Assembly (NCBI GenBank): GCA_938083505.1
Contig: CALKCF010000007.1
Location: forward strand, 32,001-96,000
DNA: 64,000 nucleotides
Origin: an uncultured archaeon
Lineage (GTDB): Archaea; Thermoproteota; Nitrososphaeria_A; Caldarchaeales; Wolframiiraptoraceae
Direction: 5' to 3'
The position numbers and the translations under genes are program-made. Shown here piece after piece: positions 20,929-31,186 of this stretch; the first letter of the stretch is position 1; each line of letters opens with the position of its first letter. Under the pieces are notes generated by a model. That model searched no databases and had not been told where the DNA came from. It saw only the letters and a program-made list of their open reading frames with translations.

Positions 20929-21699
20929 TCAGCCTTGGAATAAGATCGGAAGGAGTTTGTAGTACACTGCCAGGCCGAACAGGAGCAGAGACATTAACAA
21001 GACCACATAGTCCTTAGCACTCATTTTAAGTTCTCTTAATGAAGTTCTTTTCTTCGCAGCACCAAAGCACTTAACTTCCATCGCCTCCGCCAACTCGTAT
21101 GCCCTTCTGAGAGCGTTCGCGAGGAGCGGTACGAGTATCGGTATAAGCTTCTTAGCTCTCTCTAAAGGCCCGCCCCTGTCCAGCTCGACGCCGCGTGCCC
21201 TCTGCGCATCCATGATGTCTTTGAGCTCTTGGGCTATTATCGGCGTAAACCTTATCGCCGATATGAAGGCGAATGTGTATGGGTAGGGGACACGCCAGCT
21301 TGTAAGCGTTAGCCCTATCTCTTCCGGTGTCGTGGTCAAGAAGAATATTGAGAACGATGAAAGGAACAGCACAAGCCTGTACGCTAGCGTTGCTGAATAG
21401 TAAAGCGTCTCTTGCAATGTCGCATGGGTATCAGTCGAGATGAAGAATATAGCATTTAAACCAAAGACAAGGGCAGCCAGGGGCATCGAGCCCCTTATCG
21501 TCTTAAGCCAGCGTCGCACTATCTTAGCAATGTAAGCCATAACCGCCTGTACTGTTATGAGAATCGTCAGCATCCATACCTCTGCATACATCACGACTAT
21601 GATGAGCATTATCGTGGAAACGAGAAGTTTCACCCTTGGATCGAGCTTGTGTATCGCTGTATCGCCAGCGTAGAACTTAAGCCCCTCTAGTATGCTCAA
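20929..21699 (-). CDS. ecfT: ECF transporter transmembrane T component
   Basis: LDPRVK, AQRARG, AEAMEVK. Confidence 0.92.
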   Translation of the reverse strand: MSILEGLKFYAGDTAIHKLDPRVKLLVSTIMLIIVVMYAEVWMLTILITVQAVMAYIAKIVRRWLKTIRGSMPLAALVFGLNAIFFISTDTHATLQETLYYSATLAYRLVLFLSSFSIFFLTTTPEEIGLTLTSWRVPYPYTFAFISAIRFTPIIAQELKDIMDAQRARGVELDRGGPLERAKKLIPILVPLLANALRRAYELAEAMEVKCFGAAKKRTSLRELKMSAKDYVVLLMSLLLFGLAVYYKLLPILFQG

Positions 21700-22513
21700 G
21701 CCTCCTCAACCCATCCACTATGCTCCTTATAGCATCCTCGACCGAGATTACCTTAGTATTAAAGCCAAGGTCTGCCAACCTAGACACCGTTGCGGCCACC
21801 TGGGGCATGAGTATCGAGCAGCTGCTAAGCAGCTCACCATCTGTCAATATCGCCTCAGCCCTACCGTCCGCCACTATCCTTCCTCTTGACATCAGGATGA
21901 CCCTCGGTCTAAGTTCAGCGACAAACTCTACGTCATGTGTTGAAATTATGACTGACCTTCCCTGTAGATTCAGCTGCTTTATCATTTCCTTTAGCTTCTC
22001 CTTCTGCGCATTGTCCTGGCCGACTGTCGGTTCGTCCATTGCTATGACCTGTGGATTCCATGCCAAGATTATCGCAAGGGCTAGCCTCTTCTTCTCACCA
22101 CCGCTCAGTAGAAAGGGAGACCTCTTCCGGTATTTCTCCAGCTCCATGAACTTAAGGGCCCAGTCTACCCTTCTCTGCACAACCTCCTCACTGAAGCCCA
22201 AATTCCTTAAAGAGAAAGCAACCTCCTCCTCAACCGTCGGAAGAAAGAACATATCGTCGGTGTTTTGGAACATTATGCCGACGATCCTGGACAGTTGTGC
22301 CACGCTAAGCGTCCTAGTGTCCTTTCCGTTTACGTAGACGCTACCGGTGGTTGGTTTTAGAAGACCGTTTAAGTGCTTTATGAACGTAGTCTTGCCAGCA
22401 CCGTTCTCGCCCATCAGCGCCACTAGCTCACCTCTTCCGATCTCGACACTGATACCGTTTAACGCCTTTACACCAGTGGGATAAACGTAGGTCACGTTAT
22501 CGAACCTTATCAT
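21677..22513 (-). CDS. ecfA2: ECF transporter ATPase
   Basis: GENGAGKT, LSGGEKKR, DEPT. Confidence 0.9.
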   Translation of the reverse strand: MIRFDNVTYVYPTGVKALNGISVEIGRGELVALMGENGAGKTTFIKHLNGLLKPTTGSVYVNGKDTRTLSVAQLSRIVGIMFQNTDDMFFLPTVEEEVAFSLRNLGFSEEVVQRRVDWALKFMELEKYRKRSPFLLSGGEKKRLALAIILAWNPQVIAMDEPTVGQDNAQKEKLKEMIKQLNLQGRSVIISTHDVEFVAELRPRVILMSRGRIVADGRAEAILTDGELLSSCSILMPQVAATVSRLADLGFNTKVISVEDAIRSIVDGLRRLEHTRGA

Positions 22514-23351
22514 GGACGAATCCTCTTATACCCCGCTCGAACTCTTCGGGGCTTAGCGGCACATCGTTAAACACTTTTAAATGTTTGTTCACACCCTTAG
22601 CCATGCTTACGACCTTCGGGACAGGTACACCGTAGGGCATAACCTCTTCCGAGGCGAAAATTTCCCTCGGATCCCCGTCCATGATTATACTTCCTTTCTG
22701 CATGACGATTACCCTGTCTACCTTGTCGGCCAACAGCTCAACTCTGTGCTCAGCCACTATGACCGTGGTCCCTAGCTCTTTCTTTATCTTAAAAATTGTA
22801 TCGATTATCGACTTTGCGGATACGGGGTCCAAGGATGACGTCGGCTCGTCAAGTACCATGAGCCTGGGCATCAACGCGAGTATCGAGGCGATAGCAACCT
22901 TCTGTTGCTGACCTCCTGACAGCTCGAAAGGTGACCTCTTACTCAGGTCCTCTATCCCAACTGCCTTGAGAGCAAAATCCACTCTGCGCCTGATCTCATC
23001 TCTTGGTATGCCCAAATTCTCGAGCGCAAAGGCGACGTCGTTCTCAACAGTCAACGAGAATAGCTGATTCTCTGGATTTTGGAATACCATGCCAACGTGT
23101 TGGGAGAGTACATAGGTTGGTGTTTTGGAAACGTCCATACCGGCAACTATTACCCTTCCGTCAATCTTGCCAGCATAAAAATGCGGTATGAGACCATTTA
23201 GACATCTGCAAAGCGTTGACTTTCCACAGCCGCTAGGTCCGAGGAGGAGGACAAACTCTCCATCTTCGATACTTAGATCTATGTTACTGAGGGCGGGAAT
23301 ATCAGAACCACTGTAGGTAAATGTCAGCCCCTCGACCTTTACTATCTCCAT
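22497..23351 (-). CDS. ecfA1: ECF transporter ATPase
   Basis: GPSGCGKS, FQNPENQL, LSGGQQQ, LDEPT. Confidence 0.9.
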   Translation of the reverse strand: MEIVKVEGLTFTYSGSDIPALSNIDLSIEDGEFVLLLGPSGCGKSTLCRCLNGLIPHFYAGKIDGRVIVAGMDVSKTPTYVLSQHVGMVFQNPENQLFSLTVENDVAFALENLGIPRDEIRRRVDFALKAVGIEDLSKRSPFELSGGQQQKVAIASILALMPRLMVLDEPTSSLDPVSAKSIIDTIFKIKKELGTTVIVAEHRVELLADKVDRVIVMQKGSIIMDGDPREIFASEEVMPYGVPVPKVVSMAKGVNKHLKVFNDVPLSPEEFERGIRGFVHDKVR

Positions 23352-23357
23352 CTTCTG

Positions 23358-24371
23358 TTACACTCGGCTCAACTTATCACTGAGCAAACCTTCTAATAAG
23401 CTCAAGCACAGCTTAATGGCCTCTTCTGGTGTTGATTTACAATATACCCTTGCGGCTGTAGCATGACCTCCGCCATGTCCTCCTAGCCTTGCACCAACTA
23501 CCTGCGCCACATCCTTTCCTAGGTTTATGTTAGTTCTGGCAAAGAAATCTTGCTGAGACCTCATTGACACCGCAACACCGTCCTTATACTCGCCAGCCAC
23601 TATTGATATATGACAACCAAGCGATAGGAGAGCCCTAGCGACAGACGTCTGGAATGAGCTTACTTGTGATGTTGCTATTAACCACTCGCCAGACCTGTAT
23701 AGGTTCATTCTAGTAGCTCCCTTCAGACGTGCTATCCTTTCTGAAATATCTATCGGAACCTCTACCGCTTGTATGCTCTTGGAAGGATTGACGCCCAACT
23801 TTATGAGCTCGCAAACTTTACTCATAGTCTCCAAATTTGCAAGCGACAATCTTGCAGTATCGTAGTATATTCCGAGGAATAGCGCCTCAGCCTCTATCAA
23901 GTCAAGCTTTATATTCATAAGCTGGAAAACGTCCATTATGAGTTCGCAAAGTGCGCGGTAATCCTCGGAAAGGAATGCCAAAAAACCTTGTGGATACCCG
24001 CCTTGCGGAGGTGCGTGATGGTCTATGATGTATACTTTACCGCGAGCTTTCATAACGTCTTCGATGTATTCGCCTACTTGTTCGAATGAACCGACATCTA
24101 CTAATATTATGATGTCGACATCACCTATGGGCCCGCTTCTTATTTCGAGCTCGAGATAATCCACCATGGCCTTTACTTGTGCTGAAGTCTCATCTGGTAT
24201 GTGCACGTATACTGCGGTGCAACCTACGACCTCTTCAAGGACCCTCTTAAGAACGTAGGCGGCACCGACAGCGTCAGCGTCACCACCGACATGTGTTACT
24301 ATGGCTACAGTTTTACCACTAATTGAGCTAAGGAAGTCGCTAACGTCCTTGGCGAGTATCCTGTCTTTCAT
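23358..24371 (-). CDS. DHH/DHHA1 phosphoesterase
   Basis: HxxxDxDA, VD, IDHH, GGGH. Confidence 0.9.
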   Translation of the reverse strand: MKDRILAKDVSDFLSSISGKTVAIVTHVGGDADAVGAAYVLKRVLEEVVGCTAVYVHIPDETSAQVKAMVDYLELEIRSGPIGDVDIIILVDVGSFEQVGEYIEDVMKARGKVYIIDHHAPPQGGYPQGFLAFLSEDYRALCELIMDVFQLMNIKLDLIEAEALFLGIYYDTARLSLANLETMSKVCELIKLGVNPSKSIQAVEVPIDISERIARLKGATRMNLYRSGEWLIATSQVSSFQTSVARALLSLGCHISIVAGEYKDGVAVSMRSQQDFFARTNINLGKDVAQVVGARLGGHGGGHATAARVYCKSTPEEAIKLCLSLLEGLLSDKLSRV

Positions 24372-24727
24372 GACGAAGTCTGCTGGCCAGACATGATTCT
24401 TTGTATGTCCTTCTGTACAGATTCTATCTGCGTCCTCATCTTGGCATCCTGCTTCTCCAAGATTTTAAGCCTCGTCTCCGTCAGCTCCTTTTTTTCCTTT
24501 AGCTCAACAATAAGCTTGTCTTTGTTCACTTTTACGAGTATCGGGCCTGCAGCCTTATACACGACTACATTCTCGTCAGTCTTCTCAAGCTCCTCGAGTG
24601 CATTGGTTATTTCAGCAAGCTCCACTTCAAGCCTCTGTCTCTCCGCTAATAGGGCATTCAGCGTCTGCTGGAGCTGCTGTAGTCTGAGCAATTGCTGCTG
24701 AATACTTGGCGGTATCTCTTTCGACAA
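24368..24727 (-). CDS. pfdB: Prefoldin beta subunit
   Basis: Coiled coils flanking VYKAAGPILVK; superoperon context. Confidence 0.93.
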   Translation of the reverse strand: MSKEIPPSIQQQLLRLQQLQQTLNALLAERQRLEVELAEITNALEELEKTDENVVVYKAAGPILVKVNKDKLIVELKEKKELTETRLKILEKQDAKMRTQIESVQKDIQRIMSGQQTSS

Positions 24728-24797
24728 CCTACCACCCCCACAATAACTTCTAATGACCCCGAAATTCTTTTTAAAGCCTCCCTATAAACGTGTTCTA

Positions 24798-25055
24798 TCA
24801 GGCCTTACCAGACGCCAGCTCGTAGACTTGCAAGACAGCATCTATCCAACGTAAAAAGGAGTTAATGCTGGCCCTCATGGCCGTTAGGTCGTTAGCACTC
24901 ACCTTCAGGTTAAGGGCACAACCTGAGGCCTCTACACCCACTGTTACCCTTTTCGACGAAATAGTCTCGGTCTCAATTTTTAGTGCCCGCGCGATAACCT
25001 CCGATGTTCTACCTTTCATCGGTATGGATATGCTGACCTTTACATACCTTTCCAT
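24798..25055 (-). CDS. pcc1: KEOPS complex subunit Pcc1
   Basis: ANDLTAMRASINSFLRW motif; ATG at 25055 just after rpl37ae. Confidence 0.88.
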   Translation of the reverse strand: MERYVKVSISIPMKGRTSEVIARALKIETETISSKRVTVGVEASGCALNLKVSANDLTAMRASINSFLRWIDAVLQVYELASGKA

Positions 25056-25060
25056 TCCCG

Positions 25061-25288
25061 TTACTTCTTTGAAACGTATGGTGTGTACGCACCACCCGCG
25101 AAAGTGTAACCACACTTTCTACAGCCCCATACGCCAATGAACTTCCGCCTGACAGCCACCACACCACACTTCGGACACTCATACGTTGCCTTTTGCTGCT
25201 GTTCTATTTCCAATAACCTTTTCCTCAGAGTCGCACCGTATCTTGCGCCGAACCGATTGACAGAGTTCCCGACTTTCTTACCCAACAC
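25061..25288 (-). CDS. rpl37ae: 50S ribosomal protein L37Ae (eL43)
   Basis: RFGARYGATLRK, CPKC...CRKC, FAGGAY. Confidence 0.96.
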   Translation of the reverse strand: MLGKKVGNSVNRFGARYGATLRKRLLEIEQQQKATYECPKCGVVAVRRKFIGVWGCRKCGYTFAGGAYTPYVSKK

Positions 25289-26108
25289 CCACGACCTCCT
25301 TAAATTGCGCCCTAATCTTGCTTATCTGTTCTTCTGCGATATTTATTATACTTTCCATCAACAAAAACGGTATATGTCCTGGAGAGTTCTTCTGTACCGC
25401 GACGACGTTGGATGCGCTATCCATACATATCACGATTGATGTATCTAATGAGTTCTCCTCGGCCAGACAGGGATCTACCAGCAGCTTGTCCTTGATTATG
25501 CCTATCGTTAAGGAAAGAGGCACATCCCTGATGGGCACTTTTATGTACTCACCTTCAACCCTTTCAACTTTCTCGTTGACGAGTGAATAATTAGGTAATG
25601 TACAAGTCGCCAGAGCAGCCATTGCAGAGATAACAGATGGGTCGAAATAGTTGCCATCATAGTCCAGCACATATATATCTATGTAGAGGACGTAGACCGT
25701 CCTTCCTGGAACGATGCAGAGCTTCTCGAGGTCTATCGCCTTTCCTTCACGTATGCACCTATCCACAACTCTCGCCAGCTCTATGCCCCTCTCATCAGGT
25801 GGGCCCGGCTCGAAGCTTTTAGACGCAAGCGGTAGTAGCTCAGCATTGACGGAGAATACGCCCTCGTTGGGTCTATCGCCGTACGGTGTACCGAGCTCGA
25901 CCTTTATCCCCGTAAGTATCCTCGTGCTTCCCATAGAAACTAGAGCTGAGCCGTTTGCCTTCTCCACGACGTTCGTTTGTATCGTTATCTTCCTGAACTC
26001 GTATGGTGACCTCTCATCTATCCTCTTTCCTTGCTGAAGTAGCTTGTACACCCTTTCACTCATTATCTTTATGGTAAACGACCTCTCCTTAAGAGGAAGG
26101 AATGACAT
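25278..26108 (-). CDS. rrp42: Exosome subunit Rrp42
   Basis: FEPGPPDE, ELARVVDR, LDYDGN. Confidence 0.95.
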   Translation of the reverse strand: MSFLPLKERSFTIKIMSERVYKLLQQGKRIDERSPYEFRKITIQTNVVEKANGSALVSMGSTRILTGIKVELGTPYGDRPNEGVFSVNAELLPLASKSFEPGPPDERGIELARVVDRCIREGKAIDLEKLCIVPGRTVYVLYIDIYVLDYDGNYFDPSVISAMAALATCTLPNYSLVNEKVERVEGEYIKVPIRDVPLSLTIGIIKDKLLVDPCLAEENSLDTSIVICMDSASNVVAVQKNSPGHIPFLLMESIINIAEEQISKIRAQFKEVVGVG

Positions 26109-26111
26109 AAT

Positions 26112-26846
26112 CTAAACCTCCGTCGTGCTTGCTCCATATTTCCTTCTAATAGCTTCGCGTTGAGCTTGGTAAATCTTCTGAATGCCTGCCTGGGCTAACT
26201 CAAGTCCCTGTTTAAACTCATCTTTCGTCATCTTTCCGTTTAGTTGAAGTAATACGATGGTGTTTGAGCTAGGTGTCATGCCAACTGGCATATCAGCCTC
26301 CCCATACTTATCCTCTATATCCGATGGGTCTAGGATGATCGTCCCGTCTACCTTACCGACAGCCACCGCAGCTATAAGCTCCCTCATCGGTATGCCTGCA
26401 TCTGCCAAGGCGAGCGATGCAGCCGTAAGTCCGGCAGTCCTTGTGCCACCATCAGCCTGTACAACTTCCACGAACACATCTATGGCGGACCTTGGGAACT
26501 CCTCAAGGAACACAACAGACTCGAGTGCTTCTCTTATGACCTTAGAAAGTTCTACTTCCCTTCTCGTCATACCAAGAATTTTTCTCTCATCCGTACTAAA
26601 GGAAGTCATGTGATACCTACAATTAAGTATCGCCCTATCTGGTATTGCGAGGTGCTTCGGATGCGCCTCCTTCGGTCCGTACACTGCCGCGTACACTTTC
26701 GTCTTGCCCAGCTCCACGTATGCAGAGCCATCGCTTTTCTCCAGAATACCAACCTCTATCTTCAGGGATCTTAAATCTGTCGGACCCCTTCCGTCCAACC
26801 TTCTGCCGTTTTCGTCGATGAGTTTAGGTTTTGTCGTTTGTGTCAT
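26112..26846 (-). CDS. rrp41: Exosome exonuclease Rrp41
   Basis: [28 protein letters not shown]. Confidence 0.96.
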   Translation of the reverse strand: MTQTTKPKLIDENGRRLDGRGPTDLRSLKIEVGILEKSDGSAYVELGKTKVYAAVYGPKEAHPKHLAIPDRAILNCRYHMTSFSTDERKILGMTRREVELSKVIREALESVVFLEEFPRSAIDVFVEVVQADGGTRTAGLTAASLALADAGIPMRELIAAVAVGKVDGTIILDPSDIEDKYGEADMPVGMTPSSNTIVLLQLNGKMTKDEFKQGLELAQAGIQKIYQAQREAIRRKYGASTTEV

Positions 26847-27522
26847 ATGCGACTTCACCACCAACTAATCTGCTTACATATGCCATGACCTTATCGGTCA
26901 AACCTTGGGAGTGCGTCTCCCTTTCTATAAGCCTTATCGCGGACGCTGCGGCAAACTCACTTGTAGGTGAGGGGCCGTTCACTATCACGAAACCATTTGT
27001 GCCGACCATTATACTACATCCAGTGATCTTCTTAATCATGTTTATCATGGAACCCTTCTTCCCTATCAGCCTGGGTACCTTCGTCGGGGTAATAGTTAAG
27101 AGCACCCCTTCGGTTATCTTCTTAAATTGTTCATTTAACTCCAGTAAAACTCCTTTAAGTCCACTGCTTGCCACCCTTGCATAAATCACGTCCCCGATTT
27201 TTAGGTTAAGCGATAAAAGCTCCTTTGCGTTCTTAACTTTAAGCAGCGCCGTTACGTAGCTCCCAAGCTCAACCTCCACACCTATCGGTTTTATGTCCGA
27301 TACTATGCCGATGACCATGTCGCCAGCCATTGGTCTATACGGTCCCTTTAACATTATGACCTCTACTTTTCCGTCCCTTATTGTTGCTATCCCAACTGTG
27401 GATGCGAAAACTTTTCCATTCGTTACGTACGTCCCTTCACCAGCCCTCCTGCTATCGTCGGACAGGAGCTGTCCCGGTAGCACGATTTCCCTCTCGTTGA
27501 AATAAATAGGCACATGCATCAC
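26824..27522 (-). CDS. rrp4: Exosome RNA-binding protein Rrp4
   Basis: S1 and KH domains, [10 protein letters not shown]. Confidence 0.93.
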   Translation of the reverse strand: MMHVPIYFNEREIVLPGQLLSDDSRRAGEGTYVTNGKVFASTVGIATIRDGKVEVIMLKGPYRPMAGDMVIGIVSDIKPIGVEVELGSYVTALLKVKNAKELLSLNLKIGDVIYARVASSGLKGVLLELNEQFKKITEGVLLTITPTKVPRLIGKKGSMINMIKKITGCSIMVGTNGFVIVNGPSPTSEFAAASAIRLIERETHSQGLTDKVMAYVSRLVGGEVAYDTNDKT

Positions 27523-28218
27523 CTACTCAATGGGCCTTGCCTCTGCCCTTCCCGAGCAGAGTTTGTTTAGCTTTTCTATCAAGTCTGCTTGAAGACCAAC
27601 CAGTATTTCGACCTCACCAACCCAGCTACCGTCACTTTTATACTCTTCCTTTAAGATCTTTCCGACGTTCTTTAAAAGACCGTACGCTTTACCTACAAAC
27701 TCGCCCGGCACTCTGACGTACATTCTCATCATGCCCATCTTCATCGGAAGTATTGTGCTTAGTTTCTCTATAACTTTCGTTGCTTGCTCTTTTGCATCAA
27801 CAAATGGGTCTATTGATACGCCCGCTTGCTCCATAGCCAACTCGATCCTTTGTGGAGGGTGGGGCAGTCTTGTCCTCGGATCGACCACGTTCTTGGATAT
27901 GAACTCTATTATTTGTCTCCTCTTTTCATCTATCAATCTATGCCTCTGCTCGGACGTTATCTGTAGGGTCCCCTCGCTGAGTATCTTGGCAGCTATGGCC
28001 AGTTTGTCCTTTGTCTTAAAAACCTTTAACAGTTGCTCTTCCGATGCCCTTATACCCTTCTTCGCGTCGGTGTATATTTCTTCGTATATAAGGACCTTCA
28101 AAATGGGTATCTTTTCCCCCATCTTGTATTTGAGTGCACTATCTGGGTCCACGAGTATTTCGAACGTTTCACCGCGCACTAATCTTGCGATGGTGTATGA
28201 CTCTTTTTGTTTCGTCAT
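27523..28218 (-). CDS. sdo1: Ribosome maturation protein SBDS/Sdo1
   Basis: FEILVDP, DPRTRLPHPPQRIE. Confidence 0.95.
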   Translation of the reverse strand: MTKQKESYTIARLVRGETFEILVDPDSALKYKMGEKIPILKVLIYEEIYTDAKKGIRASEEQLLKVFKTKDKLAIAAKILSEGTLQITSEQRHRLIDEKRRQIIEFISKNVVDPRTRLPHPPQRIELAMEQAGVSIDPFVDAKEQATKVIEKLSTILPMKMGMMRMYVRVPGEFVGKAYGLLKNVGKILKEEYKSDGSWVGEVEILVGLQADLIEKLNKLCSGRAEARPIE

Positions 28219-28231
28219 TCTAAAAACCCGG

Positions 28232-28981
28232 TTACTTCAAACCATGAGGTTTGTACTTTTCCATCATCTCTTTGACGTACTTCTCAAGCTCCGATAACGG
28301 CATGGGCGTGTATTTCCTCGTAGAGGTGGGTATCGTAACGAGCCTGATAGTCCACCCCTCATCTATCTTTTCGGCTTGAATTATCAGGGACGCGACGGCC
28401 AGTCTTATGGCCTCCTCCAGAGTTATGTCGTTTCTGTAGTTCGCCTCTAAGAACTCCTTTACTTTATCAGCACCCCTTCCTATGGACCACGAAAAGTACT
28501 CCAGAACTAGCCCGCTCGGCTCTGTGTAAAATACATGCGGGCCAGTTTTGTCAACACCGCCGATTAGCAGAGCGGCACCGAACGGTCTCACACCTGCGTG
28601 TTGTGTATACATCTGCATTATGTCCCCGATCCTCTTTCCGATAGCCTCTACCGTCGCCGCATCGTCGTACGATAGTCTTATTATCTGGGCGTATATTCTT
28701 GCGTTATCTACCAGAACTCTTGCGTCGGAATTTAGACCCGCGGCCGCTGCTCCTATGTGTTCGTCAATCTGGAAGAGCTTCCATGAGTACTCTGGATTCT
28801 GGAGCTTTGTATGCATCCTTTCCTCAACCGCTAACACAACACCTTCATTTGATGTTATGGCGACAACAGTAGATCCAGACCTTACAGTCTCGAGGGCATA
28901 TTCTACCTGGTACAACCTTCCCTGCGGCGAGAAGACGGTAATTGCCCTGTCATAAGCCCCTGCTATACCTAACGCTGTCAT
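28232..28981 (-). CDS. psmA: Proteasome alpha subunit
   Basis: YDRAITVFSPQGRLYQVEYA, RPFG. Confidence 0.97.
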   Translation of the reverse strand: MTALGIAGAYDRAITVFSPQGRLYQVEYALETVRSGSTVVAITSNEGVVLAVEERMHTKLQNPEYSWKLFQIDEHIGAAAAGLNSDARVLVDNARIYAQIIRLSYDDAATVEAIGKRIGDIMQMYTQHAGVRPFGAALLIGGVDKTGPHVFYTEPSGLVLEYFSWSIGRGADKVKEFLEANYRNDITLEEAIRLAVASLIIQAEKIDEGWTIRLVTIPTSTRKYTPMPLSELEKYVKEMMEKYKPHGLK

Positions 28982-29114
28982 TCTTATCCCTATCCCCTAA
29001 CTTCTAAAAATTGGCATTAATTAAATATATCTTTAAATTTAATATTGTATTAAATTTTAAATTAAACTAACCAACTACGGGCCGGCCACGCTATATGGCG
29101 CGGAGATATCGACA

Positions 29115-29771
29115 TTAATCTTCTTTATTTAGTATTTTTACTTCGCATTTTGCCAGCTTTTTGAACTGTTTAGCATCCTTTTCTGAACCAACTATCGCGC
29201 CGTAGTGCATGGGTATGGCAAGCCTCGGCATCATGGTATTCGCAACAGAGGCAGCCTCCTCTGCTGTCATAACATACGTTCCGCTTACCGGAACTAGAAG
29301 AACATCCACCTTTAATTCCTTCATCTCCGGAATGAAGTCCGAGTCGCCTGTATGGTATATGTTTATGCCTTTTATTTTCACTATGTAGCCGACACCGCCT
29401 GCGTCCTTTGGATGGAACGGCCTTCCAGGTTCTCTGAACTTTGTAGTGTTATATGCAGGCACCACCTTTATCTTTACACCGTCAACTTCGACCTCGTCTC
29501 CGGGCTTCACATACTTTATCTCCTTGGCCTTCACCCTTCCCAACTGGTTTGCACAAGACCTCGCAGCCATTATAACGCATTTTTCAGAGGATATCTTGTT
29601 TATGTCGTCAACACTAAGATGGTCAAAATGTTCATGCGTTATTAATATGATGTCTGCCATCTCTTCCCCCTTTATCTTGTAAGGATCTATGTAAATGGTT
29701 TTGTCATCCTTTAACCTGAATGCATCATGACCAAGCCAACTTATCTTAATACCTTCAAACTCTATTGGCAC
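29115..29771 (-). CDS. MBL-fold metallohydrolase
   Basis: WLGH, THEHFDH, YHTGDS, IPMHYG. Confidence 0.9.
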   Translation of the reverse strand: MPIEFEGIKISWLGHDAFRLKDDKTIYIDPYKIKGEEMADIILITHEHFDHLSVDDINKISSEKCVIMAARSCANQLGRVKAKEIKYVKPGDEVEVDGVKIKVVPAYNTTKFREPGRPFHPKDAGGVGYIVKIKGINIYHTGDSDFIPEMKELKVDVLLVPVSGTYVMTAEEAASVANTMMPRLAIPMHYGAIVGSEKDAKQFKKLAKCEVKILNKED

Positions 29772-29939
29772 ACTGTACCAACCTCAAGTTTACTCTGAAG
29801 TTCATACTTAAAAAAGTTATGCCATGTGGCTTTCCCGCAACTCTTATACCTGCACACATCAACCTATATCAATCCTGTTAAACTTCAAACTGATTATGAT
29901 TATACGCTCATATCTTTCTAAAAGGAAATCTAATGCTCT

Positions 29940-30152
29940 TTAGCCCTCGCCTAAACCTTTCCTCTTATACCGTTCTTTACCTAGGCTGAAGATTAAGCCC
30001 ACACCACCGGCTACGATAAGTGAAGAATAAACTAAAGAAAGTATGATAATTTCATACCACTGAATATTTTGTAAGAACACGAGCAAGGTCGGCAACCCTA
30101 TGGCGCCGATGACTATCGCGAAGATATATAGAAGCAATAACTTTTTCAGCAT
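29940..30152 (-). CDS. Small two-TM membrane protein
   Basis: Two hydrophobic helices and a basic tail; TATA-like TTTATA upstream. Confidence 0.55.
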   Translation of the reverse strand: MLKKLLLLYIFAIVIGAIGLPTLLVFLQNIQWYEIIILSLVYSSLIVAGGVGLIFSLGKERYKRKGLGEG

Positions 30153-30200
30153 GATGCGCGTTGGAAGATGATACCCTATAAACTTTTACTAAAAACTGCT

Positions 30201-30869
30201 CTAAAACCTTAGGTTTAGTCTTCTTTTTTCCTGACCGTAACCCCTTATATATGCTTCCCTAAGCCTCTTCACCTCATCAATATCAAGGGGCTTTGCATAG
30301 CCTAAAGAGCTTGCAAGAATGAACGTTCTAGCCTCATCCTCCACCAACAAAGCGGTTTGAAATGCGTCCTCTAAAGAATCGCCGACAGCGATCACACCAT
30401 GGTTTCTCAACAGGACAGCCTTTCCTTCGCCCAAATTCTTGACAACCTCCTCTGCAAACTCTTGTGTGCCGGACATAACGTAACGTGTAACGGGCACTTT
30501 ATGACCTACGGCAGATGCAAACTCAGATGTCAGCACTGGTATCTCCTGTCCAGTAACGGCTAATGCAGTTGCATAATGCGAGTGCGTATGTATGATTGCA
30601 TTTACATCCTCTCTTACTTTGTAAATCAGGCTGTGCACGGGTACTTCCGAGGAAGGTCTCCACTTTCCCCTAATGATATTGCCTTGTAGGTCCATCAGAA
30701 TTATGTCGCTCGGCTTAAGGGCCGACTTGTCGAAGCCACTTGGTGTCATGAGCACCATATTCTTACCAAGCCTTGCGCTTATGTTACCCCAAGTACCGGA
30801 TAAGAGCTTATAATCAAAAGCCCTTTTTCCTACGGCCACTATCTTCCTCCTAAGCTCTTGCTCTGACAT
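30201..30869 (-). CDS. Class II aldolase/adducin family (fuculose-phosphate aldolase-like)
   Basis: GNIS, TPSG, PSSE, HTHS, NHG. Confidence 0.92.
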   Translation of the reverse strand: MSEQELRRKIVAVGKRAFDYKLLSGTWGNISARLGKNMVLMTPSGFDKSALKPSDIILMDLQGNIIRGKWRPSSEVPVHSLIYKVREDVNAIIHTHSHYATALAVTGQEIPVLTSEFASAVGHKVPVTRYVMSGTQEFAEEVVKNLGEGKAVLLRNHGVIAVGDSLEDAFQTALLVEDEARTFILASSLGYAKPLDIDEVKRLREAYIRGYGQEKRRLNLRF

Positions 30870-30943
30870 TCTCGCGAATGTTTACTATTTTTAATGTGGA
30901 CGTAATAAACATTCTCTTACATAAATCAGTATACAGGGGTCTT

Positions 30944-31186
30944 TTAAGGTTTAATGAGGTTCTCAAGACTTAAAAATTGAGGAAGTAAGTGGCTTAATCC
31001 ATCCTTTCCATCTCTTCTGAGATACGTCTCGATAGCCACTCGTTCATGAATTGGCTGAAAGCTCGGAGGTCTTCTGCGCTCTTCAAACATCTTTTGGACT
31101 AGCCTTCGGTGTAGCCCCTCAAGGTACTCAGCGATCTGAAGGCCCACAGTTATTGTCATCTTAACCTTAGCCGGAGGCATATTCAT
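30944..31186 (-). CDS. Small viral hypothetical protein (possibly ribbon-helix-helix), 3' end probably damaged
   Basis: Coupled to the capsid stop; KVKMTITV strand followed by a helix. Confidence 0.35.
   Translation of the reverse strand: MNMPPAKVKMTITVGLQIAEYLEGLHRRLVQKMFEERRRPPSFQPIHERVAIETYLRRDGKDGLSHLLPQFLSLENLIKP

Noticed and set aside
29070-30944. Search for a second att copy of the tRNA-Gln 3' end bounding the provirus; CGGGCCGG near 29078
   Set aside because: Only an 8-nt match, with housekeeping-type genes in between; no credible att duplication found by eye.
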